Source: Clostridia bacterium
Lineage (GTDB): Bacteria > Bacillota > Clostridia > RUG12999
Length of the DNA stretch: 52,105 bases
NCBI GenBank assembly: GCA_045534775.1
Contig: JAZSKI010000017.1
Location: 1 to 52,105 of the forward strand
Direction of reading: 5' to 3'
Shown: piece after piece, positions 50,537-52,105 of the stretch
Position numbering within the stretch: the stretch's first letter is position 1
How the letters are laid out: every line of letters begins with the position of its first letter
Translations under genes and position numbers: made by a program
The notes under the pieces: generated by a model
Database searches by the model: none
The model's input: only the letters and a program-made list of their open reading frames with translations
Told to the model about the DNA's origin: nothing

Positions 50537-51778
50537 TTATTTACTATATAAAGGATATTTATCGCAAAGAGCGGTAACGCCTGCTTTAATTTCATCCTTC
50601 TTTGTTTCAAATTCGGTAATTGCCAGCTTGATAAGATGGGCAATGGTTTTCATATCCTCTTCCTTCATTCCTCTTGAAGTAACAGCGGGAGTTCCTATTC
50701 TGATACCGCTTGTTACAAACGGACTTAAGGTCTCGCAGGGGATAGTGTTTTTATTAACGGTAATTGAAACCTCATCAAGCATATGCTCTGCATCTTTACC
50801 TGTTACACCGAATTTTGTAAGATTTACAAGCATAAGGTGATTATCGGTTCCGCCGGAAACAATCTCAAAGCCCTCATCAATAAGAGACTGACAAAGTGCA
50901 GCGGCATTTTTAACAATCTGTTGCTGATATGCTTTAAATTCGGGAGAAAGAGCTTCCTTCAGACAAACAGCCTTAGCAGCGATTACGTGCATCAAAGGCC
51001 CGCCCTGTATTCCGGGGAATATTGCTTTATTTATAGCAGCGGCGTGTTCTTCCTTGCACAAAATAAGACCACCGCGGGGACCGCGAAGAGTTTTATGGGT
51101 CGTTGTTGTAACAAAATCCGCATAAGGTACGGGATTGGGATGAAGACCTGCGGCTACAAGACCTGCAATATGTGCCATATCAACCATAAAATATGCGCCG
51201 ACTTCATCAGCTATTTCTTTAAATTTTGCGAAATCAATAGTTCTTGAATATGCACTTGCACCTGCAAGAATAAGCTTAGGCTTATTTTCCAAAGCAAGAC
51301 GTCTGATTTCATCATAATCTATAGTTTCGGTTTTTTCGGATACACCATAAGGTACAATATTAAAATATTTACCGGAAATATTTACGGGACTGCCGTGAGA
51401 CAGGTGACCGCCGTGTGATAAATTCATACTGAGGACGGTATCACCGGGCTGAAGCACCGCAAAGAATACTGCAAGGTTTGCACTTGCACCGGAATGGGGC
51501 TGTACATTAGCGTGGTCAGCACCGAACAATTCCTTTGCACGTTCAATGGCGAGAGATTCTGCCATATCAACATATTCGCAACCGCCGTAATATCTTTTTC
51601 CGGGATAACCCTCTGCATATTTATTGGTAAGGGGAGTTCCCATAGCTTCGATTACTGCATTTGAAACAAAGTTTTCAGATGCAATAAGTTCGATTTTGTT
51701 ACGCTGACGGTTAACCTCAAGCTCAATGACATCGGCAAGCTCAGGATCAACCTTTCTTATTTCGTCTGTTGTATACAT
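50537..51778 (-). CDS. glyA: Serine hydroxymethyltransferase
   Basis: [32 protein letters not shown] and [14 protein letters not shown] (PLP-Lys). ATG 51778 follows GGAGG. Confidence 0.96.
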   Translation of the reverse strand: MYTTDEIRKVDPELADVIELEVNRQRNKIELIASENFVSNAVIEAMGTPLTNKYAEGYPGKRYYGGCEYVDMAESLAIERAKELFGADHANVQPHSGASANLAVFFAVLQPGDTVLSMNLSHGGHLSHGSPVNISGKYFNIVPYGVSEKTETIDYDEIRRLALENKPKLILAGASAYSRTIDFAKFKEIADEVGAYFMVDMAHIAGLVAAGLHPNPVPYADFVTTTTHKTLRGPRGGLILCKEEHAAAINKAIFPGIQGGPLMHVIAAKAVCLKEALSPEFKAYQQQIVKNAAALCQSLIDEGFEIVSGGTDNHLMLVNLTKFGVTGKDAEHMLDEVSITVNKNTIPCETLSPFVTSGIRIGTPAVTSRGMKEEDMKTIAHLIKLAITEFETKKDEIKAGVTALCDKYPLYSK

Positions 51779-51808
51779 TTGATAACCTCCAAAAATTACT
51801 ATACCTAT

Positions 51809-51837
51809 ATTATACAATTAAAATAAAAATTTTGCAA
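51809..51837 (-). promoter_or_regulatory. glyA promoter (TTGCAA-17-TATAAT)
   Basis: Minus-strand TTGCAA = 51832..51837 and TATAAT = 51809..51814. Confidence 0.6.
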
Positions 51838-51844
51838 TAGTTTT

Positions 51845-51873
51845 TTGAAAATTTCTTTATAAATATGTATAAT
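51845..51873 (+). promoter_or_regulatory. Outward-facing sigma-A promoter (TTGAAA-17-TATAAT)
   Basis: TTGAAA 51845..51850, TATAAT 51868..51873. Confidence 0.55.
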
Positions 51874-52000
51874 TTGCATTTGTAAGGTATATAATAGGAG
51901 AAATGGGCATAATTTTACAGTATAAGATGCAAAAAATGCCACGATTAATTGTGCAAAAGGACTAAAAATAACCAAAAGTAAAAAAATAAGCAAAAAAGTG

Positions 52001-52030
52001 TTGACAAGCGGGGTTAAGATATGATATAAT
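52001..52030 (+). promoter_or_regulatory. Strong promoter with A-rich UP-like region (TTGACA-18-TGaTATAAT); a second TTGACA lies at 52087..52092
   Basis: TTGACA 52001..52006, TATAAT 52025..52030, preceded by aaaaaaataagcaaaaaag. Tandem consensus promoters at the window edge resemble rrn or tRNA operon P1/P2. Confidence 0.6.
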
Positions 52031-52105
52031 GATAAAGCTGTCGAAAAACAGCGGGAGCATCTTTTTAAAAAAGTTTAAAAAAAGGCTTGACAAAGTTAAA
52101 AAGAT

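Overview
This window reads as the chromosomal replication-origin region of a low-GC Firmicute, probably a Clostridia-like organism; taxon and all protein families were judged by eye from the translated ORFs. The core is mnmE<-|->dnaA-dnaN-yaaA(S4)-recF-remB-gyrB-gyrA, then a perfect parS, soj-spo0J-serS, a lipoprotein gene and polC. Gene orientation switches at about 31.2 kb. The dnaA-dnaN spacer shows a textbook unwinding module: tandem DnaA boxes, a GC cluster, (CTA)x4 DnaA-trios and an AT-rich stretch. Left of the origin, all on the minus strand, are tsaD, an SGNH hydrolase gene, fhs and dprA, followed by a roughly 15 kb, 14-gene Wzx/Wzy-type polysaccharide operon (9967..24879). This operon is the main accessory region and my best candidate for something undescribed. 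It combines UDP-glucose dehydrogenase, a D-glucuronyl C5-epimerase homologue and a pyruvyl transferase with a four-enzyme set: an HpcH-like aldolase, a class IV aminotransferase, a fold-III PLP decarboxylase and a sugar-transfer-associated ATP-grasp ligase. That set looks like a pathway making an amine and ligating it to a uronic acid. The far left holds housekeeping genes (aroQ, an M24 peptidase, efp, malic enzyme, fumarate hydratase alpha) and a large SLH-domain wall protein. The 3' end of that SLH gene is interrupted by an odd structure: 94-bp perfect direct repeats around a 93-bp GC-rich insert. The right end carries an orphan glycyl-radical activase, rarA, glyA and strong tandem promoters at the window edge. 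Other non-coding signals: three perfect DnaA boxes 2.6 kb from dnaA; a GCCG..CGGC hairpin plus GAATGGAG Shine-Dalgarno module shared by three genes; a GTTAACAA-NN-GWTAAC motif present three times around remB and gyrA; and twin hairpins with identical loops upstream of polC. I saw no rRNA, tRNA, CRISPR array, transposase or prophage genes. No searches were run.
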